Below are positions 22,004 to 31,457 of a stretch of DNA of 64,000 nucleotides, in pieces. This DNA is from Treponemataceae bacterium. GTDB taxonomy: Bacteria; Spirochaetota; Spirochaetia; Treponematales; Rectinemataceae. Below the pieces are notes generated by a model. It was not told where the DNA came from and did no database searches. It saw nothing but the letters and a program-made list of their open reading frames with translations. Both the position numbers and the translations under genes were made by a program. Every line of letters begins with the position of its first letter. Position 1 is the first letter of the stretch. Location of the stretch: assembly GCA_963667725.2 (NCBI GenBank), contig CAXXHO010000005.1:1216001-1280000 (forward strand), read 5' to 3'.

Positions 22004-22855
22004 CTATCGCTTTTGTTTCGGATCGAGCGCGTCCCTGAGTCCATCGCCGATGCAGTTCAGGGCGACTATCGTGATCATGATGGCAAGGCCGGGGAAAATG
22101 CTCAGATATCCGCTGTTCCTGATGTAAGGACGGGCGGATGAAAGCATCCCGCCCCATTCCGGGAACGGCGGCTGTATGCCCAGGCCGAGGAAGCTCAGCG
22201 TCGCCGTGTAGAGAATCGCGGCTGCGACGCTCAACGTAGATTGAACGATGAGCGGCGCAGCGCAGTTCGGCAATATATACATCAGGATGATGCGCAGGTG
22301 GCTTGCGCCCATCGCCCGCGCCGCTTCGATGAACTCCTGGCCTTTGATGGAAAGTACAGAAGATCGCATGAGGCGAGCGAAACGCGGTATCGACGTTATG
22401 CCTACCGCGACCATAAGGTTGAACAGTCCAGGCCCGAGAGCGGATGAAATGACGATCGCGAGAAGTATCGTCGGGATGGCGAGCTGAATATCCATTATTC
22501 GCATGAGGATGTTGTCCATTCTGCCGCCGAAATAGCCGGCGATCGCTCCGATGGTCCCTCCTATGAGCAGCGAGATGGACACGGCGATCAGTCCGACCTG
22601 AAGCGAAATCTTCGCGCCGAAAATCAGCCTGCTCAGCACGTCGCGTCCGAACTCGTCCGTTCCCAGCAAATGCGTGGCCGAAGGCGGTTTTCGGATCATC
22701 ATATAGTCCTGTTCGGCGTAATCGTATGGAGCGAGCTGATTTGCGAATACAGCGCAGCTGATCAGCACCAGAAGGACCACGAAACCGAGAATGGCGAGAT
22801 AATTTCGCTTGAGTCTTATCAGCGTATATCGCAGCATCGAATTGCTTTTAGCCAT
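22004..22855 (-). CDS. oppC: Peptide ABC transporter permease (OppC/DppC)
   Basis: HLLGTDEFGRDV, EFIEAARAMGA, LSFLGLG, GDGLRDALDP. Confidence 0.92.
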   Translation of the reverse strand: MAKSNSMLRYTLIRLKRNYLAILGFVVLLVLISCAVFANQLAPYDYAEQDYMMIRKPPSATHLLGTDEFGRDVLSRLIFGAKISLQVGLIAVSISLLIGGTIGAIAGYFGGRMDNILMRIMDIQLAIPTILLAIVISSALGPGLFNLMVAVGITSIPRFARLMRSSVLSIKGQEFIEAARAMGASHLRIILMYILPNCAAPLIVQSTLSVAAAILYTATLSFLGLGIQPPFPEWGGMLSSARPYIRNSGYLSIFPGLAIMITIVALNCIGDGLRDALDPKQKR

Positions 22856-22869
22856 AGTTGCCCCCTTTC

Positions 22870-23793
22870 TCATTTGACGTGAATACGAGGGTCAATAAAT
22901 GCGTACAAAATATCGACCAGCAGGTTTATCAAACAGAACGCGACGGATATGAATAGAACCCCGCCTTGTATCACTGGATAGTCGCGCAGGTTGATCGCCT
23001 CAAGCATAAGTCGCCCAACGCCAGAGATCGAGAAAATCGCTTCCGTCACTATCGAGCCCCCGAGGAGGGTGCCGAACTGCATGCTGATCACGGTAAGTAT
23101 GGGGATCATGGCATTGGGCAGGGCATGGCGCATGATGACGATGCTTTCCTTCTGGCCCTTGGCGCGCGCCGTGCGTATGTAATCGGAGCGAATAACTTCC
23201 AGCATGCTCGAGCGAGTCATCCTCGCGATGACGGCGATGGACGATCCTGAAAGCGTCACGATGGGGAGGATCATTTCGCTGACGCTGCCGAAACCCATCG
23301 AGGGCAGCCAGCCCAGGTGCACGGAAAACGCGATTATGAGTAGAAGTCCGGTCCAGAACGTGGGCATCGAAACGCCAAGCAGCGTGATGAGCGTCGCCAG
23401 ACTGTCCAGGAAGGAATACTGGCGGATTGAGCAGAGCACGCCTAGCGGAATGCCAATGAGGGTGCTCACCAGCACGGCCCAGAAAGCCAGCTTCATGGTT
23501 ACCGGAATGCGCGCGGCCAGTTCCATGGAAACCTGACTCTTCATCATGTAGGAATAGCCTAGGTCCAGCTTGAAAATGGCTTTGTAGAGGTATCGGCCCA
23601 ACTGTTCTGGATATGATTTATCCAGCCCGTATTTCGCATGGAAGGCGGCGATGCTCTCTGGATTCGCCTCCTGGCCCAGTGCGCTCTTGGCTGGATCGCC
23701 CGGCGTGAAATAGAGGATCGTGAAGATGATGATCATCACGCTAAGGACGACGAGCAAGAGTAACAACACTCTCCGGAAAATGTACTTGGCCAA
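22870..23793 (-). CDS. oppB: Peptide ABC transporter permease (OppB/DppB)
   Basis: PGDPA, DYIRTARAKG, RHALPNA, RDYPVIQG; TTG start with SD AAAGGAGG. Confidence 0.92.
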   Translation of the reverse strand: MAKYIFRRVLLLLLVVLSVMIIIFTILYFTPGDPAKSALGQEANPESIAAFHAKYGLDKSYPEQLGRYLYKAIFKLDLGYSYMMKSQVSMELAARIPVTMKLAFWAVLVSTLIGIPLGVLCSIRQYSFLDSLATLITLLGVSMPTFWTGLLLIIAFSVHLGWLPSMGFGSVSEMILPIVTLSGSSIAVIARMTRSSMLEVIRSDYIRTARAKGQKESIVIMRHALPNAMIPILTVISMQFGTLLGGSIVTEAIFSISGVGRLMLEAINLRDYPVIQGGVLFISVAFCLINLLVDILYAFIDPRIHVK

Positions 23794-23942
23794 GAATGAT
23801 CCCTCCTTTCATCAGAATTTGATATATCTGCAGCCTCAAGCCAGGTATCTGGACGATACCGCTTAAAATTGACCTGCCATTTCAGTTTATAAGCATTTAG
23901 CTTGTATAATTTTTCTTGTCAAGGTAAAAATATTTCACAAAG

Positions 23943-23957
23943 TGGCACGAAAATTGC
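23943..23957 (+). promoter_or_regulatory. sigma54 (-24/-12) promoter motif
   Basis: TGGCAC-GAAAA-TTGC, exact TGGCAC-N5-TTGC consensus. Confidence 0.65.
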
Positions 23958-24220
23958 CATATGGAAGATACTCGCACCATTCCTGCTGGGATGAATAAAA
24001 GCCGAGAGCCTTCATTTTTCTCATCGACTATAAAGGCGATCGTTTCAATATTGAAAAAGTAACACGATGATATATTATTATATATAAAGTAAATAAAATA
24101 AAATACCTTGTCGGGGGAGCTGGCAATTCATAGAACTGGGCACGATTTCATGACGTATGGGATTTTGATTTTTTTCTGTAAAACACGGAAACAAGAAAAA
24201 AATATGCGAAAGTAGTCATA

Positions 24221-24235
24221 GCAATTAGCGTGCCA
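24221..24235 (-). promoter_or_regulatory. sigma54 (-24/-12) promoter motif
   Basis: Minus strand TGGCAC-GCTAA-TTGC, exact consensus. Confidence 0.65.
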
Positions 24236-24366
24236 AAATTAAATAATTATACAGTATGCTGGAATATGGATTATGGAACATGCTCGAAGGGTCATGAAAG
24301 CTGCATGGGATGAATTTATAGAAATTGTCTATTGACAAGCCGAAAAGCTGTAGTAAACTCTATAGA

Positions 24367-24394
24367 GTGGTATTCTGGTATACCAGCATACCAC
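24367..24394. promoter_or_regulatory. GntR/FadR-type operator (28-bp near-perfect palindrome)
   Basis: GTGGTATTCTGGTATACCAGCATACCAC with core TGGTATACCA; downstream of TTGACA (24332) and upstream of the GntR gene. Confidence 0.75.
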
Positions 24395-24414
24395 AATTCT
24401 TGCATGGAGCCATT

Positions 24415-25161
24415 ATGTTGGATGAAGGGATTCAACCGCTGGAAAGAGACTCGTTTACCGATAGCGGAGCCTTGTCCAACCAGATTTTTAACCGAATTAA
24501 GGAATGGCTTCGGACGGGAAAGCTCAAGGAAGGAGATCCGTTGCCTTCCGAACGCGAATTGGCGCAGACCTTCGACGTAAGCCGGGTGCCGGTGAGAGAG
24601 GCGCTCAAGGTCCTGGAATTCGTCGGCATCGTCCAGCACGTGCGGGGAAAGGGTGTCTTCATCAGAAAAGTCTCGGCGAACAATATTATCGAGACGGTCG
24701 ACTTCGTAATGATGAATCCCGCGTACACCATACGCGAGCTTTTCGAGGTCCGCATGGGCATCGAGACGCAAGCCGCATTCCTCGCGGCATTGCTGCGTAC
24801 GGACGAGGATCTCGCGTTGATGCTGTCCGCCCTGGAAGAAGCCTACAGGGCGCCGACGTCGGTGGAGCCTTTCCTTGGCTTCCACTCCGCGATTATCGTC
24901 GCTTCGCGCAATCCCGCGCTCGTGGAGATAAACAAGTTTCTGGCCGACTGGCTGCGGTTCCTGAGGGCGAAATACATGTATTCGCCGGTGGGAGGAGAGC
25001 ATGGCAACGCCGAACATCGGGAAATTTTCGAGCTGATAAAGGCCGGGGATAGTCTTGGCGCCATGTCCAGAATGCAAGAGCATCTGATGCGGGCCAGGAA
25101 CATGATCGAGGACGTTACCGCCAGCGCGAAGACCGAAGAAAAACGAACACAAGGAGAATGA
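24415..25161 (+). CDS. FadR/GntR family regulator (copy A)
   Basis: GDPLPSERELAQTFDVSRVPVREALKVLE HTH; FCD domain. Confidence 0.92.
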   Translation: MLDEGIQPLERDSFTDSGALSNQIFNRIKEWLRTGKLKEGDPLPSERELAQTFDVSRVPVREALKVLEFVGIVQHVRGKGVFIRKVSANNIIETVDFVMMNPAYTIRELFEVRMGIETQAAFLAALLRTDEDLALMLSALEEAYRAPTSVEPFLGFHSAIIVASRNPALVEINKFLADWLRFLRAKYMYSPVGGEHGNAEHREIFELIKAGDSLGAMSRMQEHLMRARNMIEDVTASAKTEEKRTQGE

Positions 25162-25162
25162 A

Positions 25163-26476
25163 GTGGTTTCATCGATGACAAGTGAAGATTATCTGAGCCT
25201 GCTCAGGCATGAACTCGTACCGGCGCTTGGCTGCACCGAGCCAATCGCGGTGGCGCTTGCCGCCGCCAAGGCGCGCAGGATTCTCGGAAGAGAACCCGAG
25301 GCGGCCGAGATAACCTGTTCGGGCAATATCATCAAGAACGTAAAAGGCGTCACGGTTCCCAGAACCGGCGGCATGAAGGGCATCGAAGCCGCAGCGATAG
25401 CCGGTTTTCTGGCGGGGAATCCGGACATGGAGCTGCAGGTACTCGAGTCCGTCCGTGAAGAGGATTATCCCCGGATACGGCATCTACAAGCGTCGCTCAT
25501 GTGTACGGTTAAGCTGGCCCAGGGCGTCGAAAACCTCTATATCGCCGCCATCCTCAGGGCGGGGAACGATGAGGCGGAAGTACGCATATCCGGCTCTCAC
25601 GCCAATGTTGTTCATATGTCCCTGAATGGCCGCGATTTGTTGGGCGGGAGCGAAGGCGGCTCAATTTCCAAGGGCGAAGACTCATTGGAACCCGCCAAAA
25701 CGGATATATCCGACGTTAAAACCATGAACGTCATGGATATTCTCAACTTTGCGAAAACGGTGCCACTAAAGGACGTGAAGGCTATCATCGCCGATCAGAT
25801 CGCCATGAACACGGCCATTTCCGAAGAAGGACTGAGCAATGTCTACGGAGCCGCGGTAGGCAGGATGCTGCTAAAGTCCCAGGGTTCCAGCCTGCGAACG
25901 CGGGCCAAAGCGAAAGCCGCGGCCGGGAGCGACGCCAGGATGAGCGGCAGCCCGATGCCCGTGGTCATCAACTCAGGGAGCGGCAATCAGGGCATCACCG
26001 TCAGCATCCCCGTCATTGAATTCGCCCGCGAGATGGCAGTCTCCGAGGAAGTCCTGTATAGGGCCCTCGTGCTCGCGAATCTCGTGGCGCTTTACCAGAA
26101 ATCGATGATAGGCAAGCTTTCGGCATTCTGCGGAGCGGTGACGGCCGCCTGCGGGGCCGGCGCCGGCATCGAGTATCTCTGCGGCGGCGGATATGCCGAA
26201 ATCGTGAAGACGATAAAGAACACGCTCGCTAATGTGAGTGGCATTATCTGCGACGGCGCGAAACCATCCTGCGCGGCCAAGATCGCCTCGGCGGTCGACG
26301 CGGCGATAATGGCTCACGACTTGACCAAGAACGGCTATGTCTTCAGCGCCGGCGAGGGACTCATCGAGGAAGACATCGAGAGGACCATGAAAAATATCGG
26401 CCGGGTCGGACGCTTTGGAATGCGCGATACGGACGAAGAGATTCTCAACCTCATGATCGGCGCGACGAACTGTTGA
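25163..26476 (+). CDS. cyuA: L-cysteine desulfidase CyuA/YhaM-like (serine dehydratase alpha family, Fe-S)
   Basis: PALGCTEPIAVA, AAGSDARMSG, INSGSGNQG, GKLSAFCG, GIICDGAKPSCAAK. Confidence 0.82.
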   Translation: MVSSMTSEDYLSLLRHELVPALGCTEPIAVALAAAKARRILGREPEAAEITCSGNIIKNVKGVTVPRTGGMKGIEAAAIAGFLAGNPDMELQVLESVREEDYPRIRHLQASLMCTVKLAQGVENLYIAAILRAGNDEAEVRISGSHANVVHMSLNGRDLLGGSEGGSISKGEDSLEPAKTDISDVKTMNVMDILNFAKTVPLKDVKAIIADQIAMNTAISEEGLSNVYGAAVGRMLLKSQGSSLRTRAKAKAAAGSDARMSGSPMPVVINSGSGNQGITVSIPVIEFAREMAVSEEVLYRALVLANLVALYQKSMIGKLSAFCGAVTAACGAGAGIEYLCGGGYAEIVKTIKNTLANVSGIICDGAKPSCAAKIASAVDAAIMAHDLTKNGYVFSAGEGLIEEDIERTMKNIGRVGRFGMRDTDEEILNLMIGATNC

Positions 26477-26568
26477 TTTAATTCTATTGACTGGATTTCC
26501 GCCTGGTCCTATGCGATGGGATTCCCGGCGCGGATTGTTCAGATAGGTTCAGCAAAGGAGAGTAAGGT

Positions 26569-28086
26569 ATGAAGAAGACGCTCAGGCGGGTACTAGCGGC
26601 GATTGTTCTGTCTCTCGTCGCGGCTTCGGGGTTTGCGCAGGCGAAACCATCATTGAATGTCGGCATCCCTGGCGACGCGAAAAGCCTTGATCCACATCAG
26701 GCAACCGATACGATGTCATTCACCGTCTCGATGCAGATCAACGAACCGCTTGTCACCATGGACGGCAAAACAAAAAAACTGGTCCCGATCCTGGCCGAGC
26801 GCTGGGAAATCGTGGATCCCCAGACCTATAAGTTTTTCCTGAAAAAGGGCGTGAAATTCCATAACGGCGATGAGTTGACGGCCGAGGATGTCGCCTTCTC
26901 CCTGAAGCGCGCCGCTACCGAATCCGTCCATGCCAAATCCTGGGGCAAGTTCATCGATCCAGAAGGCTTTAAGATCATCGATAAGTACACCGTTATCGTC
27001 AAGACGAAAGGCCCCGTCGGCGGATTCCTTCAGTCCATGAAGCATCCTTACGCCAACATCTTCAGCAAGAAAGCCGTGCAGAGCGCGGGCGGCGAATATT
27101 TCCGCAATCCAGTCGGTACTGGTCCCTATACCTTCAAAAAATGGACTAAGGGTGAAACCATTGAATTGGCGGCCTTCGAGGGCTATCACGGCAAAGCGCC
27201 GGCCTTCAAGACCCTGACCTTCTTCATCCTGCCCGACGACAGCAGCCGTGTCATAGCGCTGGAGACGAAGAAAGTCGACATGATCTATGCCGTACCCACG
27301 AGCGACTACGAACGCCTGAACTCTTCCTCGAAGGTCAATGTCGTCATGGGTCAGGGCTTAAGGCTCCTTTTCCTCGGCATGAACACGCAGAAGAAGCCGC
27401 TCAGCGATCCCCGCGTCCGTCTCGCTATCGAATACGCCATCAACAAGGATGCCTATAACCAGGTCGTGTATCAGGGACAGGCCACGGTTCCCGCCGGCCC
27501 ACTCGTCACCGCAAGCGAATTCTCCGCTCCCGGCGCCAAGCCCTATCCTTTCGACCAGGCCAAGGCCAAGGCTCTTCTCGCCGAAGCGGGATACCCTAAC
27601 GGCCTGACCCTCAATCTCTGGACCGGCAACTTCCAGGACCGCGTCAACGGCGCCACTGTCATCCAGTCCATGCTTGGCCAGATCGGCGTCAAGGTCAATA
27701 TCCAGGTATTCGAATCGGCTTCGTTCAATACGAAAATGCTCGGGACCGAGCACGAGCTCTATATCAGCCAGTGGGGAATGCAGACGAACAGGGACGCAGG
27801 CAATTACTGGACTTCCCTCTTCCATTCCGCGAGCGTCGGAAGCAACAACTGGGCGCTTCTCAAAGATTCCCTCATCGACAGCGAGCTCAATACTGTGGCA
27901 CGCGTCGTAAACGATGACGAAAGAACCGCGCATCTGCAGAAAGTCTGGGACAGGCTGGTGGAACTCAATCCGATCGTCCCGCTCTCCATTCCCTTCGAGC
28001 TTTATGGCGCGCAGAAAAATCTCGTCGGCGTCGAAAACCTGAGCGATGGTCAGATCAACTCGCTCCTGAATCTTTCGAAGAAATAA
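26569..28086 (+). CDS. Peptide/glutathione ABC transporter substrate-binding protein (SBP family 5)
   Basis: Signal peptide; SLDPH, LKKGVKFHNGDELTAEDVAFS, PVGTGPY motifs. Confidence 0.92.
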   Translation: MKKTLRRVLAAIVLSLVAASGFAQAKPSLNVGIPGDAKSLDPHQATDTMSFTVSMQINEPLVTMDGKTKKLVPILAERWEIVDPQTYKFFLKKGVKFHNGDELTAEDVAFSLKRAATESVHAKSWGKFIDPEGFKIIDKYTVIVKTKGPVGGFLQSMKHPYANIFSKKAVQSAGGEYFRNPVGTGPYTFKKWTKGETIELAAFEGYHGKAPAFKTLTFFILPDDSSRVIALETKKVDMIYAVPTSDYERLNSSSKVNVVMGQGLRLLFLGMNTQKKPLSDPRVRLAIEYAINKDAYNQVVYQGQATVPAGPLVTASEFSAPGAKPYPFDQAKAKALLAEAGYPNGLTLNLWTGNFQDRVNGATVIQSMLGQIGVKVNIQVFESASFNTKMLGTEHELYISQWGMQTNRDAGNYWTSLFHSASVGSNNWALLKDSLIDSELNTVARVVNDDERTAHLQKVWDRLVELNPIVPLSIPFELYGAQKNLVGVENLSDGQINSLLNLSKK

Positions 28087-28124
28087 TCCAGGCAGCGAGC
28101 TCTAGTATAAGGAAGGAGGAAGAC

Positions 28125-29222
28125 ATGGCGGATCAAAACCGATTCGAACAACTGGTGGAACTACTCAAGCTTAAAGGTTTGGACGCCGTCTTCCTCGCTC
28201 CTTCGTCAGACCTCAAGTACATAACGGATCTGGACATGAAGCCCGATTCGCGGCTGAAAGGCGCCGTCGTGACAAGGGAAGGGAAGAGCTTTTTTCTCTG
28301 CCCCTCGCTGTACAGAGATGAGATGGAAGGTCTTAACCGGGATATGCGGATTATGGAGTGGAAGGACGGCGAAGGTTTCAAGGCCGCCTTCCAGTCGGGA
28401 CTGCGGCAGACCGGCATCGACTTAAGCTCTCCGAGAATCGCTTTTACGCGCGGCATAGAAGCCGGCGACATGCTCGACGCGGTGGATGGACTGGGCGCGA
28501 CCTGCGTCAGCGGCTTTGAGCTTCTCTCCCCCCTGCGATCCGTGAAAAGCCCCAAAGAGCAGGATTGCATGCGCTATGCTTCCCTCATGAACGACAAGAT
28601 GATGGAAGCCGCCAGGAGCTATATCAGGCCAGGGGTATCCGAAACCGACATCATTGCCTTCGTCGTCAATTTCCATGAATCTCATGGCGGCAAGCCGCGC
28701 GTTCCCGGGGTTTCGACAGGACTCAACACCGCCAAGCCCCATTATCCGCGGGACAATAACCGTTTAGTGGAAGCCAACGATATCGTCAGGATCGATTCAG
28801 GCGGGTGGTACGAAGGCTACAGCCATGACATGACGAGAACCTTTTTCGTGGGAAGGCCTACCGACGAACAGCGGAACGTCTACGAGATCGTGCTCAAGGC
28901 CCAGCTAGCCGCCGAGGAACGCGTGCGGATCGGGGCTATCCCCCGCGATCTCGACAGGACGGCGAGGGATATCATCGCCAAGGCCGGCTACGCGGAAGCC
29001 TTCAATCACCGACTAGGGCATGGAATCGGCATGGATGGCCATGAAGCCCCGTATATCTCGGAGGCGAACGACCTGCCTCTTGTCGAAGGAAACTGCTTCA
29101 GCATCGAGCCCGGAATCTATATTAAAGGAAGATTCGGCATTCGAATCGAAGATTTGGTGATGTTGACCAGCGGCGGCAGGGAAATACTGAACCATTTTAC
29201 CAAAGAACTTATCACGCTGTAA
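28125..29222 (+). CDS. Xaa-Pro dipeptidase/aminopeptidase, M24 family
   Basis: Creatinase-like N-domain; DSGG...HDMTRTF, HRLGHGIG, HEAP, FSIEPGIY, IRIED. Confidence 0.9.
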   Translation: MADQNRFEQLVELLKLKGLDAVFLAPSSDLKYITDLDMKPDSRLKGAVVTREGKSFFLCPSLYRDEMEGLNRDMRIMEWKDGEGFKAAFQSGLRQTGIDLSSPRIAFTRGIEAGDMLDAVDGLGATCVSGFELLSPLRSVKSPKEQDCMRYASLMNDKMMEAARSYIRPGVSETDIIAFVVNFHESHGGKPRVPGVSTGLNTAKPHYPRDNNRLVEANDIVRIDSGGWYEGYSHDMTRTFFVGRPTDEQRNVYEIVLKAQLAAEERVRIGAIPRDLDRTARDIIAKAGYAEAFNHRLGHGIGMDGHEAPYISEANDLPLVEGNCFSIEPGIYIKGRFGIRIEDLVMLTSGGREILNHFTKELITL

Positions 29223-29237
29223 TGGAAGGCTGAAAAT

Positions 29238-30425
29238 ATGACATCAGAAATTCTTGAAAGGTCCCTTGCCATTAAGGAATACATTGTCCAAGCCAAGCGG
29301 AGGATTCATAGGGAACCCGAGCTCGCCATGAAGGAATTCAAGACGACCGAATTCGTGAAGTCGGAATTGAAATCCATGGGGATTGAGATGGTTCCCCTCG
29401 AATCCGAAGTTGGGGTGCTGGGCATCATCCGCGGTGAGAAAACCGGGCAAGGGATCGTGTCCGCTCTGCGCGCCGACATGGATGCGCTCCCGATACAGGA
29501 AACCACCGGCCAGTCCGATCGATCGATTGTGCCCGGCGTGATGCACGCATGCGGCCACGATTGCCACACGGCGATGCTGCTTGGCGCGGCCAAGCTCCTC
29601 GCCTCGATGAAGGATAGATTTTCCGGAACGGTCAAGCTGGTTTTTCAGCCGGCCGAGGAAAACCTTAATGGCTCCGCGGCGATGATCCGTCTGGGTGTCA
29701 TGGACAATCCGAAGGTGGACTGTCTCCTCGGTCTTCATGGCCACCCAACCTATGATGTCGGACAGATAGCCATGCGCTCGGGCGCCTATATGGCTTCTTC
29801 CGATTTCTTCACCGTCAGAATGAAGGGCGTAAGCGGCCATGGCGCCTACCCGCACCGCGTGGCTTGCGATCCGATTCTGGCCGCGTCCAATGCCGTGATG
29901 TCGATACAGAGCATAATAACCAGGCAGATCGACGCTCTCGACAGCGTCGTCATTTCCGTATGCCAGATAAGCGGCGGAAGCGCGAAGAACATCATTCCGG
30001 AGACGGTGGAATTCTCGGGATCGGTGCGCTGTCAGAGCCTGGCGACGCGCGACACGATCGAGGGACGAGTCAGACGAGTCGTCGAGAATGTGGCGGAAGT
30101 CTACGGCTGTACTTCGACGCTCGAGTATCATTACGGCGTCCCACCACTTACCAACTCCCCAGAACTCACCGCTCATGTATGGGAGAGCGCGGAAAAGCTC
30201 GTCGGTCCGGAAAATGTCAAGCAGATCGATATCCCCGCGATGGGTTCCGAAGACTTTTCCCGATACAGCGACGTGGTGCCGCAGACGGTATTCGCTCGGC
30301 TTGGCATAAAGACTCCAGGGGGCGAGGCGCCCAAGTATCATAACGGCAGTTTTATCTTCGCTGAAGACGCCTTGCCATATGGCACCGCGCTGTTCACGCA
30401 GTTTGTTCTCGACCTCAACAAGTAA
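29238..30425 (+). CDS. M20D family amidohydrolase (aminoacylase/deacetylase)
   Basis: IHREPEL, LRADMDALPI, MHACGHDCH, FQPAEE, MGSEDF. Confidence 0.9.
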   Translation: MTSEILERSLAIKEYIVQAKRRIHREPELAMKEFKTTEFVKSELKSMGIEMVPLESEVGVLGIIRGEKTGQGIVSALRADMDALPIQETTGQSDRSIVPGVMHACGHDCHTAMLLGAAKLLASMKDRFSGTVKLVFQPAEENLNGSAAMIRLGVMDNPKVDCLLGLHGHPTYDVGQIAMRSGAYMASSDFFTVRMKGVSGHGAYPHRVACDPILAASNAVMSIQSIITRQIDALDSVVISVCQISGGSAKNIIPETVEFSGSVRCQSLATRDTIEGRVRRVVENVAEVYGCTSTLEYHYGVPPLTNSPELTAHVWESAEKLVGPENVKQIDIPAMGSEDFSRYSDVVPQTVFARLGIKTPGGEAPKYHNGSFIFAEDALPYGTALFTQFVLDLNK

Positions 30426-30449
30426 CGGAACGGAAGGAGAATTCTAATA

Positions 30450-31448
30450 ATGACCATGACTCACAGGCAGCGTATCGAGGCGGCATTATCCTTGAGCGCG
30501 ACAGACAGACTCCCCTACAGCATGTGGATGCACTTTCCCAATCGCGACAGGCATCCCCGTCGCCTTGCCGAGTTAAGTCTCGCCAACCAAAAACGTTACG
30601 ATCTGGATTTTATCAAGTTCATGCCTTACGGACTCTTCACCACGGCGGACTTCGGGATCGATCTCGATGTCGTTCCGGGCTTCGATTGCCCTCCCGTTCT
30701 TCATACTCCACTCATTAAAAAAGTGGAAGATTGGGACAAGATCCGTTTCGTATCCGGGACGGAAGGGGAGTATGCCATAGTGCTCGAGGCGCAAAGGATA
30801 CTATTCTCCATGATGGACGAGCGCGTGCCCTTCCTTCAGACCTTGTTCAGTCCGATGACCACAGCCGCGAAGCTATGCAGCTCCGATACCCTCCTGAAGC
30901 ATATAGCGCAGGATCCATGCAGGGTCAGAAGGGCTCTCGAGAACATTACGGCGACCACGATCCAGTTCGCCAAGGCTTCCGTCGCGCTCGGGGCGGACGG
31001 CTTTTTCCTCGCCACGCAGCTTTCCGTATCAAACATCATCGACGCGCCGACGCATGAGAGTTTCGTGAAGAAATACGACCTGCAGATACTCGATGCCGTC
31101 AAGGAATCCACCTGGTTCAACGTGCTGCATGTCCATGGCGCCAACGCCATGCTTCGCGAATCGCAGGATTATCCCGTCCAGGCAATGAGCTGGCACGACA
31201 GGGACGACGGCCCCTCCATGGATGAAGTGCGCGGCTACAGCGACAAAGCGTTTATAGGCGGCATGAGCTGGGGGGAGAACTGGATAGGGAAGACCGATGA
31301 GGCGGTGATTGAAGAGGTTCGGGAAGTCGCGGAGCGCCAGGGTGGAAAGGGAATAATCTTGGGACCGGGCTGCGTCATCGATCCTTCCACTCCGGAGGAA
31401 AGGCTCGCCTTGGTTCACAAGACGGTCCTGGAAACGGCGAAAGGCTAG
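30450..31448 (+). CDS. Uroporphyrinogen decarboxylase-like (URO-D/MtaA superfamily) protein
   Basis: DRLPYSMWMHF, DLDFIKFMP, QTLFSPMT, GADGFFLA, VLHVHG, ILGPGCVI; lacks the canonical HemE W-x-MRQAGR motif. Confidence 0.75.
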   Translation: MTMTHRQRIEAALSLSATDRLPYSMWMHFPNRDRHPRRLAELSLANQKRYDLDFIKFMPYGLFTTADFGIDLDVVPGFDCPPVLHTPLIKKVEDWDKIRFVSGTEGEYAIVLEAQRILFSMMDERVPFLQTLFSPMTTAAKLCSSDTLLKHIAQDPCRVRRALENITATTIQFAKASVALGADGFFLATQLSVSNIIDAPTHESFVKKYDLQILDAVKESTWFNVLHVHGANAMLRESQDYPVQAMSWHDRDDGPSMDEVRGYSDKAFIGGMSWGENWIGKTDEAVIEEVREVAERQGGKGIILGPGCVIDPSTPEERLALVHKTVLETAKG

Positions 31449-31457
31449 CCGCTGAAA

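Noticed and set aside
24138..24153. Third sigma54-like motif GGGCACGATTTCATG
   Set aside because: Lacks the -12 TTGC element at the required spacing.
23794..24414. AT-rich spacer as a mobile element or prophage remnant
   Set aside because: No transposase or integrase fragments and no target-site duplication; the composition is explained by dense regulatory sites.
30450..31448. Calling the UroD-like gene hemE
   Set aside because: The canonical MRQAGR motif is absent and there is no heme-biosynthesis context.
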